NCBI RefSeq assembly: GCF_018350175.1
Contig: NC_058368.1
Location: forward strand, 148,306,001 to 148,370,000
Origin: Felis catus
Lineage: Eukaryota
Length of the DNA stretch: 64,000 nt
Reading direction: 5' to 3'
Shown: positions 25,184 to 37,455 of the stretch, piece after piece
Layout: each line of letters begins with the position of its first letter
Position numbering within the stretch: the stretch's first letter is position 1
Made by a program: the position numbers and the translations under genes
Notes under the pieces: model-generated
Told to the model about the DNA's origin: nothing
Database searches by the model: none
The model's input: only the letters and a program-made list of their open reading frames with translations

Positions 25184-25827
25184 AAATTTAAAACGTTTCT
25201 AAAAATAAAATCTATTAATTAAAAAATGAAATAACTTCAATATCAGTGCACTAATAAGATTTTAAAAATATATCCCATTTACTGAAACATAAGATGTGAA
25301 TATTTGGGAGGGGGGATTATAGGAGATCACTTTATGAAAGAAAAATTACTAAGTTAAAACTTTCTGAATAATTATTTTTGTTTTTCAGATAAAGTTTTAG
25401 GTAAAACACAACCAATTGAATAAAATACAGATTAACCATATAGTAAAGAGATAATTTTAGGGAAATAGTCCACTTTAAAACAACATTAATAAGAGATTTG
25501 TAATAGTTTCTAAAAACTGATTTTCAATAATTTAGTGAATGCTTTATGAATAAGAAATTTAATTGGAATTTTGAAAAGCTTTGTTTTACATTAAATAACA
25601 GTTTTAGCTACTAGAATATTTTACTTGAGAGTGGAATTTCATTGGACTAGTTAATCATTCTTAGTTTTTCTCATTTATCGAATGAGATAGTAATTCATGT
25701 TTTATTCATGCCATGTTGTTACTAATTTGAACATATATACAAAATCTTAAAAAGAAGCTCGTTTCCTTTGATCACTTAAACACAGTACTTCTGCAATGTC
25801 ATGTCAAGAAAGTGTGACAGATCTATA

Positions 25828-26060
25828 TCATTTATTCAACAAAGTTATTCAGTATCTACCCAATACCAGGCAATGCAGTAGAAACTGAGGACACATTCAA
25901 AAAATGAGGTATGGTTCTAGCCTCAATAAAGCTTAGTATGAAGAGGTAAATGGATGTCAAACAGTTCTATTACTTTGTATAACATTTCAATGGCAGTAAG
26001 TGTTGTAAGGAAGAATTAATTGTAGGGAACAATGAGAGCACATGATAATAGAATTTGTTC
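25828..26060. mobile_element. L2 3'-region relic
   Basis: 'tcatttattcaacaaagttattcagtatctacccaataccaggcaatg...ggttctagcctcaataaagcttag'. Confidence 0.6.
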
Positions 26061-26206
26061 TGAGCCCTAATCTTGTGATAATGGAGTCATAATCAGAAGG
26101 TTGTGAAATAATTAACAAGATGTAGACAGGAACACAGAACATGATCATCATCAACATCAAATACCCACAAATATACTATGATTAAAAAGAATCCAGAAAA
26201 AACCCT

Positions 26207-26208
<2 letters not shown>

Positions 26209-26247
<39 letters not shown>

Positions 26248-26263
26248 CACACACGCACACATG

Positions 26264-26299
<36 letters not shown>
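26209..26299. repeat. (CA)n microsatellite with internal TGCGCGCGCA
   Basis: Seen directly. Confidence 0.95.
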
Positions 26300-26301
<2 letters not shown>

Positions 26302-27421
26302 GAGATAATGGAAAGGAATCATTAGCCGGATCAACAAAACACAAGGGAGCTCAAAGATAATTATCACTATATATTGGATTTTGTATCCCTTTCTGCTAAT
26401 TACCTATTTGGAGGAATTATAAAGCTAGATCTCTATCTCCTACCTTGAAACAAAATACGCTCTAGATAATATATAATAGTGAATTAAACTATAAAGGTAT
26501 TTTTTAAAATTTTGGTGGAAAAGTATCTTGATATGAGAAAATGATATCTAAATATCATAAGAATCAATATTTGATTGTTTTGAATGAATATGTAACAAAA
26601 ACACCAAAGGAAACTGAATGTCAATGTCACTAGCATTTAAAGAATTTGAGGGGAAGAAAAGTTTGCCAAAAAGGAAGAGTTATCTGGGAAATAACATGAC
26701 AACTAGGAGAGTATGGTGATAAAAAGCTAAGGGAGGATTATTTCAAGACAAAGGGAGTGGTCAAGAATGTTAATGATGACAATAATTCAAATATTAAAAC
26801 AAAAATAGAGGGACTGAAGAAATATCCAATAACGTCAGAAAGAAAGAGATATTGAGGTGTAGTACAGTTCATGGAATTGGAATATTTTATGTACAGTCAT
26901 GAAAGAAAAGTTACAAGGTGTAAAAATTGACTCGTGTGAAGTATTCACAAATTATGTAGTGAGAAATGAATGTTTAATTGTGAACTTCAGTTCACTTCTT
27001 TTGTGGTGAACAATATAAACTTTCTTTTGAAAAGTAAATATAGAAGTTATTTTGGACTGCTTTGCTATATATTTCTAATTTCTTTTAAAATTATTGTAAT
27101 TGTATTGTATTTGTTCTGCAAAAAGTCATCAAATATTTCATAAAACAGCATGAAAACATATAGTTATGAAATTTATCTCAAGATGTTATCTGGTTGAAAA
27201 TTCAAGTGCTAAAATTGTATTTTCTTCATATTTAACATTTAAAACACCCAATTAAACTTTATACATTTCTCTAGAAAATTATATTATGAACTTGAGCATA
27301 AATTGATAAATAAATTGTTGGTGGTAGAAAAGATACTTGTGAAGTTTGAAATTTAATTATTTTGAAATTTATCCATTTAGTCAAATCTCTTTTCATTGTT
27401 CAATTAGAAGAGAATTTGACA

Positions 27422-27626
27422 GGGGCACCTGGATGGCTCAGTCAGTTAGGCGTCCAACTTCAGCTCAGGTCATGATCTCACAGTTCCTGAGTTGAGCCCT
27501 ACATCGGGATTTGTGCTGACAGCTCTGAGCCTGGAGCCTGCTTCGGATTCTGTGTCTCCCTCTCTCTCTGCACCTTCCCTGCTTGTGCTCTGTCTCTCAA
27601 AAATAAACGTTAAAAAAAAAAGAGAG
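27422..27626 (+). mobile_element. CAN-SINE (felid)
   Basis: Perfect TSD agagaatttgaca at 27409-27421 and 27627-27639. Confidence 0.96.
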
Positions 27627-27879
27627 AGAGAATTTGACAGATATGAGTCAGGATTAAGTTGTCTAATTTTAGAAATGTCTCTACAAGATTTTATGAATGT
27701 GAAAAATCAATTTTTACTATCTCTCTTCTGAATACTATTTGACTTAGTACATTCTTTTTTCCAGTTAGTTCCTTCAAATTTTAGTGGGAAAACACATCAT
27801 AAATAACAATAATTTCTTATAGTGTGTTCATAAAAGTCCATTTTTCATAAATCCTTAAGTGGATAGGGAAATATTTTTA

Positions 27880-29970
27880 AAGAAATTTTACTACAAAATT
27901 TGATGAAACAGATGAAATAAGAACTAAGTAAGTATAGAAATACTCCATGTTCATGGATAGAAAGAGTCAACACTGTCAAGATATTAGCTCTTCCCACTTT
28001 TATCTATAGATTCAATGAAAACCCAAACAAAATATCAGCAAGTTATTTCATGAATAGAAACAAACTTAGTTCAATGTTTATATGGAGAGGCAAAAAGTCC
28101 AGATTAGCTGACACAATATTGAAGGAAAAGAACAATGTGAGAAGACTGACAATACCTAAGTTCAAAACTTACTAGAAAACCTCAATCATCAAGATAGGTA
28201 GTACTGGTAAAAGAATAAACAAATAAAATGATGAAACAGAACAGAGAAAGAGGCCCATATAAATACAATCAGCTGATCTGTTAAAAAAGCTAAAGCAATA
28301 CAATGGAGAAAAAATAGTTTTTCAACAAGTAATGCTGGAAAATCTGGAAATTCTTGTTAAAAAAATAAGCCTATACAATCTAGCTGTTCACAAAACTTAA
28401 AATGGATTATAGACCTAAATATAAAATGCAAAACTACAAAACTCCTAAATGACAAAGGAGAAAACCTAAATGACCTTGTATTTGGTGATGACTTAATAGA
28501 TAGAAAATCAAAAACACAATTCATAAAACAATTGATAAGTTAGATTTCATTAAAATAACAAATTTCAGAAACAAAACAAATAAGCATAGGACAAAAAAAG
28601 AGAGGGAGCCAAACCAAAAACAGACTCTTAACTAAAGAGAACAAACTGATGGTCACCAGAGGGGAGATGAGAGGGGGGATTGGGTGCAATAGGTGATGGG
28701 AATCAAGGAGTGCACTTGTTGTGATGAATACCAGGTGTTTTATGTAAGTGTTGAATCACTAAATTGTGTAACTCAAACTAATATTACACTATATGTTAAC
28801 CAACTGGAATTTTAAAAAAAAACTTTAAAAAATTACAAACTTCTCTATAAAAGGCAATAGCAAGAGAAGGAAGAAGACAAGCCATAGACTGGGGAAAAAT
28901 AATTGTAAATGACATATCTGATAAAAGCCTGTGTCCTAAAAAATACCAAGAATGCTTAGAATTCAACAGTAAGGACACAAACAACCCCTTTTTAAAAGAA
29001 TCGATCAAAGATCTTAAACAGATACCTCATCAAAGATAGACAGATGGCAAATAAGCATACAAAAAGATTCTCCACTTTATATGTTATCAGGAAAATGCAA
29101 ATTAAAACAATAATGAGATACAGCTACACATCTTATAGAATTATGGCCAAAATCCAGTACACTGATAACACCAAATCTCAGCAAGGTTGTGGAAAAACAC
29201 AAACTCTCATTCATTGCTGGAGAAAATGGTATGTTTATTTTGGAAAAGTTTGGTGGTTTCTTAGAAAACTGGACATAAAACATACTCTTACCATATGCTC
29301 TGGCAATTGTGCTCCTTGGTAATTTCCAAAGGAGTTGAAAACTTAAGTCCATGGAAAAGCTTGCATATAGATGTTTATAGCAGTTTTATTCATAATTTCT
29401 AAAACTCGGAAGCACCAATATGCCTTTCATATTGGTTAGCGAATTAATAAGCAAACTGTGGTACATCCAGGTAATGAATATTATGCAGTGGTAAAAAGAA
29501 ACAGACTATTAAGCCAGGAAAAGACATGGAGGAAACTTAACTTCGTATTACTTAATGAAAGACGCTAGTGTGAAAAGGCTACATACATTACATATGGTTG
29601 TAATCCCAACCATATGTTTGCTGGAAAAAGCAAAACTATGATGACAGTAACAAGATCAGGGGTTGGGGATAAAGCGGAATGCATAGGCAGAGCACAGAGG
29701 AATTTAGAGAATACTCTGTATAATACTCTAATGATGCATAGATATCAATATACATTTGTACAAAGCCACAGAATGTGCAAAATTGACAGTGAACCCTAAT
29801 ATAAACTGATATTTGGGTGATAATGATGTGTACCATGGCGGTGCAGGATGCTGATAACAGGAGATGCTGTACATGTGTGGGACCATGGAGTATATGGGAA
29901 ATCTCTGTACTTTCTGCTCAGTATTGCTGTGAACCTAAAACTATTCTAAAAAATGGGGTCTATTAAAAAA
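27880..29970 (+). mobile_element. 5'-truncated L1MC1/2-like element (ORF2 3' part + 3' UTR)
   Basis: 'actccatgttcatggatagaaagagtcaacactgtcaagat' ORF2; 3' end 'gaaccctaatataaactgatatttgggtgataatgatgtgt...tatatgggaaatctctgtactttctgctcagtattgctgtgaacctaaaact'. Confidence 0.88.
28567..28827 (+). mobile_element. Carnivore L1 3' UTR fragment nested in L1MC
   Basis: 'cagactcttaactaaagagaacaaactgatggtcaccagagggg...aaggagtgcacttgttgtgatga...actatatgttaac'; degenerate TSD aaaataacaaatttc / aaaattacaaacttc. Confidence 0.88.
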
Positions 29971-31941
29971 ATTATGTTGAGTCATGTTGTATAACAATAC
30001 TTATTACCATGGAACTATTTTTCAAAAGATTTGTCTTTTTCAGTCTACTGTATCTTTACCACAGGAAAAAAATTTCATACCATTTTTAATTTAGAATTCA
30101 CACCTTTTTGGAAAATTTATCATACCAACTTCTGACAAATATATAGTAAACATTTCTGTTCAGAATTGCACATTAGCCCAGTGACTTAAAAAATATTTTT
30201 GTATAACTATGAAATTTATCATGATAATAATGAAGTCTAAAGAGATTATATGATTACGTTCTACTTAATATATAATAGAAATATCATTGATTTACAAAGC
30301 AAAAACAATAAAAAAATTAGCCAAATAGAGAGTAATAGACAAAATATATAAAGAAGAATAACAGGGAACAACTGTACCTTTGCAGTCTACTTCCTGCTAG
30401 ACATGCAAGCAGTGTGTTCCTTCTGAATTGATACTGACATATCAATAGGAAAGGACAGTTTTCAAGTGAAGATTTCTTCAGATTAATGGGACAAACTCCT
30501 AGTCTCTTCTATATCTTAAATCTGCGAGTAAATAGTTCTGTTAGCCAAGGTTTAAATCAATCCTAAAATCTTGGGCTTTATATTCTGTCAAGTAACTCAA
30601 TTGCTGTCTGACTTTCCTAACATCTGTTTCTTCTAGAAAACACATGTAAAGATGTTAAGGTCACCAGAAACAGGGTTCTGTAAAATTGTGAACCAGCGAT
30701 TTACCTGTATGACATGTGAAAAATAATCATCTGAAATAGAGCCTAAAACACTGTATTAACAAGGAGACAACGTGTGAAACATAAATTCTAGTTTAGGTGG
30801 CATTTCTTTAAGGAATAATTTCTTCTAAATCATATCCCACTTTCTACTTATTTGTCAACTGGGATGTACGAATCAATACACTTTTTTTTTGTTTTCCAAT
30901 AGAGTAAAAAAGCCATAGAACTCATTATTAGGATGGGTGAGACCAGAAGTCAATGTTTTTAAATTTTCTCCTCTTAGAAGCCATTGTTCATAAAATGAAT
31001 AATAATGAATTATGAGGAAGAAGTAATCACTCAAGAACAGTTAGGTACTGTAAGATTTGTGTCTACTCCTCATTGTCCCCGCTTGGAAGCATTCCAACAT
31101 AAAGCTCCTCATATTAATGAATGTAAAGAAAAATATTTTCATACTTGTAACACACCAATATTTTTAATGCACTAAAAATAATTACTAGGATAAAATTTAA
31201 AAGGATATACAAAACACAAGCCCAAATTTATAAATTAATTCAGTAGTCTTCCCAAAAAATAGGGAAAACTGAAAAAGAAGCAGTAAAAACATATATGTTT
31301 TTTATTGAAAGTGTACATAACTGTAGACAGTTAATAAAAAAGAATCATTATCACATCACACCTAGTTTTCATTCTATAATTATAAGTATACATGATTTAT
31401 GCATTAAAAAGTTTTCTATATAAAACATCTATATGTACACTAGGAAAAGAATGCATACACCAATATTAAAAGTCTTCAATGAGTTAAACTATTTTGCTTT
31501 TTCTTGCTTGTTAGTTTATCTAGTGTAAGTTGGATTGACAACACAATTCTTACTGGTATAGTATGTCAAAACTGGTTAATTTTGAAAGTAGAGAAGCCAT
31601 TTTCACTGAGTTATGCCAATGGAGATAGAAGAATAACTTCAAAGTAATTTTTGCAAATTCAGAATATTTACTTTTAATTTTTATTAAAACTTAAGAATGA
31701 TGTTCTCTTTATCACCATCTTGGTTTATTTATTAGCCTTTTCAGAAAAGTAGCCCAGAGCTGTACTAGAAAAAAAAATATATAGAAAATCATACTTCTTA
31801 TTCATAAAAGTATCTATTAGGTCCAAAGTGCATATCCAATATTTTAGAGCAGTAATGTATCTTAAAAATCAGCTATTCAAAACTTCTCTTTTTCAAATGA
31901 GAACTATCATCTAAGCAGTAAATTAATAAGCATTAAGTGCC

Positions 31942-32495
31942 CGTGGAAGATTGTTTACAGATAGTGCAACAATTTCTCCCTTTGGCAATGATATCTGCAA
32001 ATCTCCAATCAACAAGTAGAATCTATTTCTCTCACAACGGATATGGGATGGCCCTGTGATTTGCTTTTACAAGTAGAATAAGGGCAGGTGACTAAGTTTT
32101 AAGAAACCTTGCAACTTCTTTTCTTAAGCTCTTAGGAAGCCTCAGCCAACTCATAAAGAAACCTATACTGTCATAGTGGGGAGTCCAGACAGAGATAGAT
32201 GCCTTGAAGAATAAGAGATGCAAAATCACAAGGAGAGAGCAATTTTAAGGATAACTGACCATAGTACAGAGTACTCAGCATTTCAGCCATCCTAACTGTA
32301 CGGTCAGACATATAAGGCCATAACACTGCCTCAGCCTCAATGAGATGCAGAGAAAATCCATCTTTATTAAATCCTTCTGAATTCCAGACAATAGGAGGAA
32401 ATATAATGGCTAATGTTTTAAGACACTACGTTTTAGAATGGATTAAGTCAATGAATTTTGGAGTAATGTGCTATTTAGTAATCAATAACTGAAAC
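31942..32495 (+). mobile_element. MLT1-family (ERVL-MaLR) solo LTR
   Basis: 'gtagaatctatttctc...gggatggccctgtgatttgcttt' and 3' 'tgttttaagacactacgtttt...tagtaatcaataactgaaac'. Confidence 0.75.
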
Positions 32496-34002
32496 TAACG
32501 ACACCATAAGGTAAGCAATTTAAAGACAGATAAAAGATAACATCTAATTATACGTATATAGTCTAGAGGTGGTTAGTGATAAATTCATACACAGGTTTAA
32601 GAATATATAAGCACCACACTGGTGAAATTCAAAGTGTCACAGGAACAGAAGAAAGTTAGGCAGCTAAGTAATAGATCAGCAAACATTTTACAAAAGGGAG
32701 GATAATGAAGCCAAATATCACTCAGGTCTTCAGTTCACTCATCAAATATTTAATGAGTATTACCTGGGCATTTTGACAATATATAGAAGTGAGAAATTTC
32801 ATGTTTTGTTCACAAAAGAAGTGATATTTTAAAAACTGGATGGAAGGACCCTGTGAAGAAATGGTGGAATATGAATTTAGAGAATTATGAATTTGGAGAA
32901 TACTTCAGACTTCTGCCTTAGTAAAACAGTAAGGGAAATATTTGAGAACATTAATCATTGAAGAGATCATTTGAAACGCAGATAATGAAAAAAAAATAGT
33001 AAGAAGCACATAATACTCTATAAGTTACAGATTCTGTATCATTTAAAAATAAGTCATGCAAAATCAGAATACTAAGTTTTAATAAATGCATAAAAATAAG
33101 TTTACATTTAACTCTCCTAATGCAAAAACATCTGAGCTCCATTATCTAAAAAGTCATTCAAATTACTAATGTGAAAACAATTGTACAAAATTACTATTGA
33201 TATATGAAATTGTTGGATGTTTCTTTGATGGGAAAAGAAGTTTTTAATATGTTTTAAGGTAAAGAAAACTAGACATTATTTTTAAGCATTTTATACTTTA
33301 AATTCATTTTATTTGTTAAACATTCTTTTAAAATATATGCAATATAAAAAAGAATTATTTATTTTTTACTTATACAAAAACAATTTTCTGATTGGATATA
33401 GAATAATTACGACTCTAAATTTTCTTTTCACAAGTTCATGTACTAAGCAATGGATCAGTTAGTAAAATGCTGTACTCCTAATGTACGCATTCACAATGGT
33501 TTTTGACATATAATAAATGAAGTTTGCTTTAGGAAGAATGACATATTGAAATCACTGAAATTGAATTTTTACTCAATGTGAGCTTAATTATGAAAAAGAA
33601 GTCCTCTAGTTCCATGCTGGAAAAGATAAACTATTCATCACTTTGCAAATTTTATCAGCTCATAGTTTTACCAAACCAAACCATGTCCTCTTGCATAATA
33701 TAAAAGTTTAAACAGCATAAAGTTCTAACAAAACTCTAAGATACATATCATCATAGACTTAGACTATACTTGGCTCAACTCATAGCCTTCTCTCTGATGA
33801 AAAATATGGAATTACTGGGAATGCACAATCTTTAGAGAAAATCCATTTCATAATCTAAAAGATAACAAAGATAAGGACTTATTTTATTCTATATCTTTCT
33901 CTTGTAGTCCCTTTTCATCATTTATATTTAAATAATTTATTATATAAATATATTTTCTCCCTTTTAATATTCATATTCATATAATCACATTGCACTGTAC
34001 TC

Positions 34003-34535
34003 CCCTTCCCAGTTTTATTGATGCAATTGACATATAACATTGTGTAAGTTCAAGGTATTTGTGTCAATTTGATATATTTGTATACTGCAAAATGATTACT
34101 ACCATAGCATTAGCTAACATGTATATCATAATACAAAACTATCATTTCTTTTTTGTAATCCGAATATTTGAGATCTGCTTTCTTAACAACTTTCCAGTAT
34201 ATTAAACATTATCGTTATCCATAATCACCAAGTTGTTTATAATATCCCCAGAACTTATTCATCTTACAACTAGAAGTTTGTGACCTTTGACAAACATCTC
34301 CCCATTTTCCCCCGTCCTAGCACCTGGTAACCACTACTCTACTATTGATTGCTATGAGATTGGCTTTCAAATTCCATATATTAAGTTCGATCATATAGTA
34401 TTTGTCTTTCTCTGTCTGATTTATTTCATTTAGCATGATGTCCTTAAAATTCTTCCATGTTGTCACAATTGACAGGATTTCCTTCTTTTTCATGGCTAAA
34501 TAATATTCCATTGTATATAATACCACATCTTCTGT
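34003..34535 (-). mobile_element. L1MA9-like 3' end
   Basis: 'ttcccagttttattga..caattgacatataacattgtgtaagttcaagg...tgcaaaatgattactaccatag'; ORF 34317-34526 gives the L1 ORF2 C-terminus (YTMEYYLAMKKKEIL). Confidence 0.88.
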
Positions 34536-35849
34536 ATCAGAACTTACTTTTTGAGCATAGATTGAGTATAGTAACCATTTATATTTGGCTCTTCAACAGC
34601 TGAATTATCTTTGGTTCTTCTAATAAAATCGGTCTGGTACAGATTACTCAAAATGGAATGTTCTTATTAAGGATAGAACATCAACTAAAGGTATTTTGAA
34701 ATATGTTTACAAATAATTAGCACTTAATATGTACAAGAACAGTAAGTTTAAGTCACTGGCTACCAGAAAAAAAATAAAATTATTAATGATTCAAGCTTGG
34801 ATGAAGAGTAAACTTTATTCTATATGATTTCTGGTGAAGTACAATGTATTAGAAATACATTTTTATTTCCTTCCTGTATTAGTCATAAATTAGATTGAAG
34901 CAATAAACCAGTATTAACCCAATATTCAATACAAATGAAAGGAAGAAAGTATTGATTAAAGGTATCAACAAGCTTTTGGAATATTGAAAGTGTCTAAAGA
35001 AGCACCTGAAGTGGAGAAAGCTTAACATTAAGTGGTTTCAAGAGGAAAAAGCAAATCTTTGAAACAGGCAGAACACTGATAAGGCTCAGAATTTCAGGCA
35101 TCAAGTACCCTGAAAGTGAGAGATGAGGGAGTCATTAAAAAATTAGTTGAAAATCTAAAGGCAATTAGCTCCCAAATTTGTTCCCATATCTCATGTTATG
35201 AGTCAATTATTCCCCCTCCCATACTATACACTACCCCCAATCTTTCCAACAAGAGACAGGGGGATTTATCAAAGTATAAACCATCCAGATGTAGGAATAT
35301 CATGAATAACAGGACAGGCAAATATGTTTTAGAGAAAACAGAGGTATAAAATAAAGCCAGCTTACTAAATGAATGGTGGCCAGGCAGCCCCCTTCTGCTG
35401 CAAATATCCAAGAACATTGGAATATTCCTCAAAGTCTCATCTCACTTTCTGCCTATGTGACATTTTCATTTCGACATACACGCACACATACACATACACA
35501 CACATCTTATCACATGTAAAACTGATGGTTTCTTCCTTGGAGAGTCTGAGCAGACAAAGACATCCTTATATTCTGACATTTGTTTACATTTCAATAAAAT
35601 AACTGAGTTTCCATTACATTAGCACACTCAATGAAAAAACCCCGCCACTTAATAAGTACACCAATCTACAGAGAGCTTCTAACCAATTACTTAGTGTTTT
35701 AGTTTAAGATATGATTGGACTGCTAATCAGCACAGCTAATTGAGGAAATAACTTAATATAAAAGATAAAGACCTCAATAGGAGAGCAGGGAAAGAGGCGG
35801 GAAGAGAAGACAAACATAACAGGAAGAAGCAATGACATGGAAATAAAAG

Positions 35850-36700
35850 AAATATTTTAAAAATATATATAACATAATCAGAGAGATAAGTTGCTACTTA
35901 CCATGAAACCTGAACAGTATTGTATAATGAAGAAAATGAGAAGATAATAATTATCTCTCAGATGTTAAATGTATGACAAAGAGAAAGATGTCAGGACCTA
36001 AATTCTAAGAGATTTGTATACTATGAAAGAACAAAGATAAAGGAAATAATAAAAAAATGTGCACACCCTACAATAATCACATATTCAACAAATATGAATT
36101 CCAGGAACTGAGAATAAAAAAATAGAAGGGAATAAGTCAAATAAGAAAGTTGCTCAGAATTACAAACATAAACAACCATGTTGAAGTAGATTACTGATTA
36201 TTCTGCCAATGAACTTTAAAAATACATGCATATAAAGTTGCATTATTATATACTTTTATAGTAACAGAGAAATTTCCAGAAAGAGAAATAGGAAAAAAAT
36301 GTCAGTGAATAGGAATTGTAATAGCATTCTCAACAGCAAAAGTAGATAAAAAAAAGACAGTAAATACACTAGCTTCAAAACTCTGCAGGGAAATCATGTC
36401 AAACCTTTCTAAAGCAATATCTCAATTAGGTACAAGGTATTTTTGTCTGTTATTTTTGTTTTTTAAAGGTATTTTAAAATATCTATACCTCAAAAATGTT
36501 GCTACATGTAGTTTTTCTCCTAACAAAGTGGAAATCAGTGTTTTGCTCAAAATAAAAATAAACTCAACCACAAATAAGCTATGAGATCCAGGATGTAAAG
36601 AATCTAATAAAAGGAGTGATGAAGAAAATTCCCAGGATACCAGGCCAGATCAGAGGACAAAGTATTCCAAGAAAGAGGGCTGAAAGAGTTTGGTAACAAT
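35850..36700 (+). mobile_element. HAL1/L1ME ORF1-like relic
   Basis: A-rich with 'acaaatatgaattccaggaactgagaa', 'gcattctcaacagcaaaagtaga', 'gcttcaaaactctgcagggaaa'. Confidence 0.5.
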
Positions 36701-37019
36701 TATTAACTCTAAAAAACAGTAAAAGTAAAAAAATTAAAGAAAATATAAATTAAAGGAAATATAACCCACAGAAGAATATTTTCATAATCACAGTATAAAA
36801 ATGTTACAATTGTGTCCAGAAGGCAAGAATATGGGAAGGTAGTAATAGAAGTAATAATGTTCAAGAAGAAGAATTAGAAGAGGGAAATGTAATTTTCCAT
36901 TGTAAGATTTAGTTTTACAGGGATATTTAGTGATTAATAAAAATAAAAATAATTTCTAATAATGGAAAGTTAGATGCTTAGAATCACCCTCTTGGGTAAA
37001 ACTGAAATTCTGGAAAATA

Positions 37020-37100
37020 TTTTTAATAGACTTTACTTTTTAGAAGAGTTTTACATTTACAGCAAAATTGAGTAGAAAGTACAGAGTTCCCATACACCAT
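37020..37100 (-). mobile_element. L1MC/L1MD extreme 3' fragment
   Basis: 'tagactttactttttagaagagttttacatttacagcaaaattgagtagaaagtacagagttcccatacacc'. Confidence 0.7.
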
Positions 37101-37255
37101 CTACTTTAAAAATCCTCCTGCTTATACCTTCAGCTGAGAGGCTGAGAAGCTGAGCAGCAGTTTTTAAAAACCCAAGACATTCAGTTCAGGGTCTTACCAA
37201 GTAGAAAATTGGGCGTGGTATAAATTCCAAGAATACGGGTGAATCAGAAGTATAT

Positions 37256-37455
37256 GGGGGCACCTGGGTGGTTCAGTCAGTTGAGGGTCCAACTTCAGCC
37301 CTGGTCATGATCTGGTAGTTCATGAGTTCGAGCCCTGCTTTGCTCTCTCTGCTGTCTGCATCGAGCATGCTTCAGATCCTCTGTCCCCCACCTCTCTCTG
37401 TCTCTCTCCTTTTCACTCTCTCTGTCTCTCTTAAAATAAATAAACTTAATAAAAA
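37256..37455 (+). mobile_element. CAN-SINE
   Basis: Head 'gggggcacctgggtggttcagtcag'; short TSD aagtatat. Confidence 0.93.

Larger units (their letters stand above)
18430..25225 (+). mobile_element. Near-full-length ancient L1 (L1MC3/4-like): 5' UTR, ORF1 (~19250-20420), spacer, ORF2 (~20880-24400), 3' UTR; all decayed
   Basis: Colinear L1 parts: ORF1 'tttcctaaattaatgacagacaccaaacc', endonuclease start 'atcagtaatcactttatatgtg...caactatatgttgactataagaagtccgcttt', later ORF2 motifs, L1MC 3' end 'aaaccctaatataaaccttggattttggttaataa'. Split by three SINEs. Confidence 0.88.

Noticed and set aside
30705..30742. Possible minus-strand micro-exon (tttcag or ttttag acceptor, CAG/gtaaat donor)
   Set aside because: Peptide (SISDDYFSHVIQ) not recognised, weak polypyrimidine tract, no partner exons; would need spliced reads.
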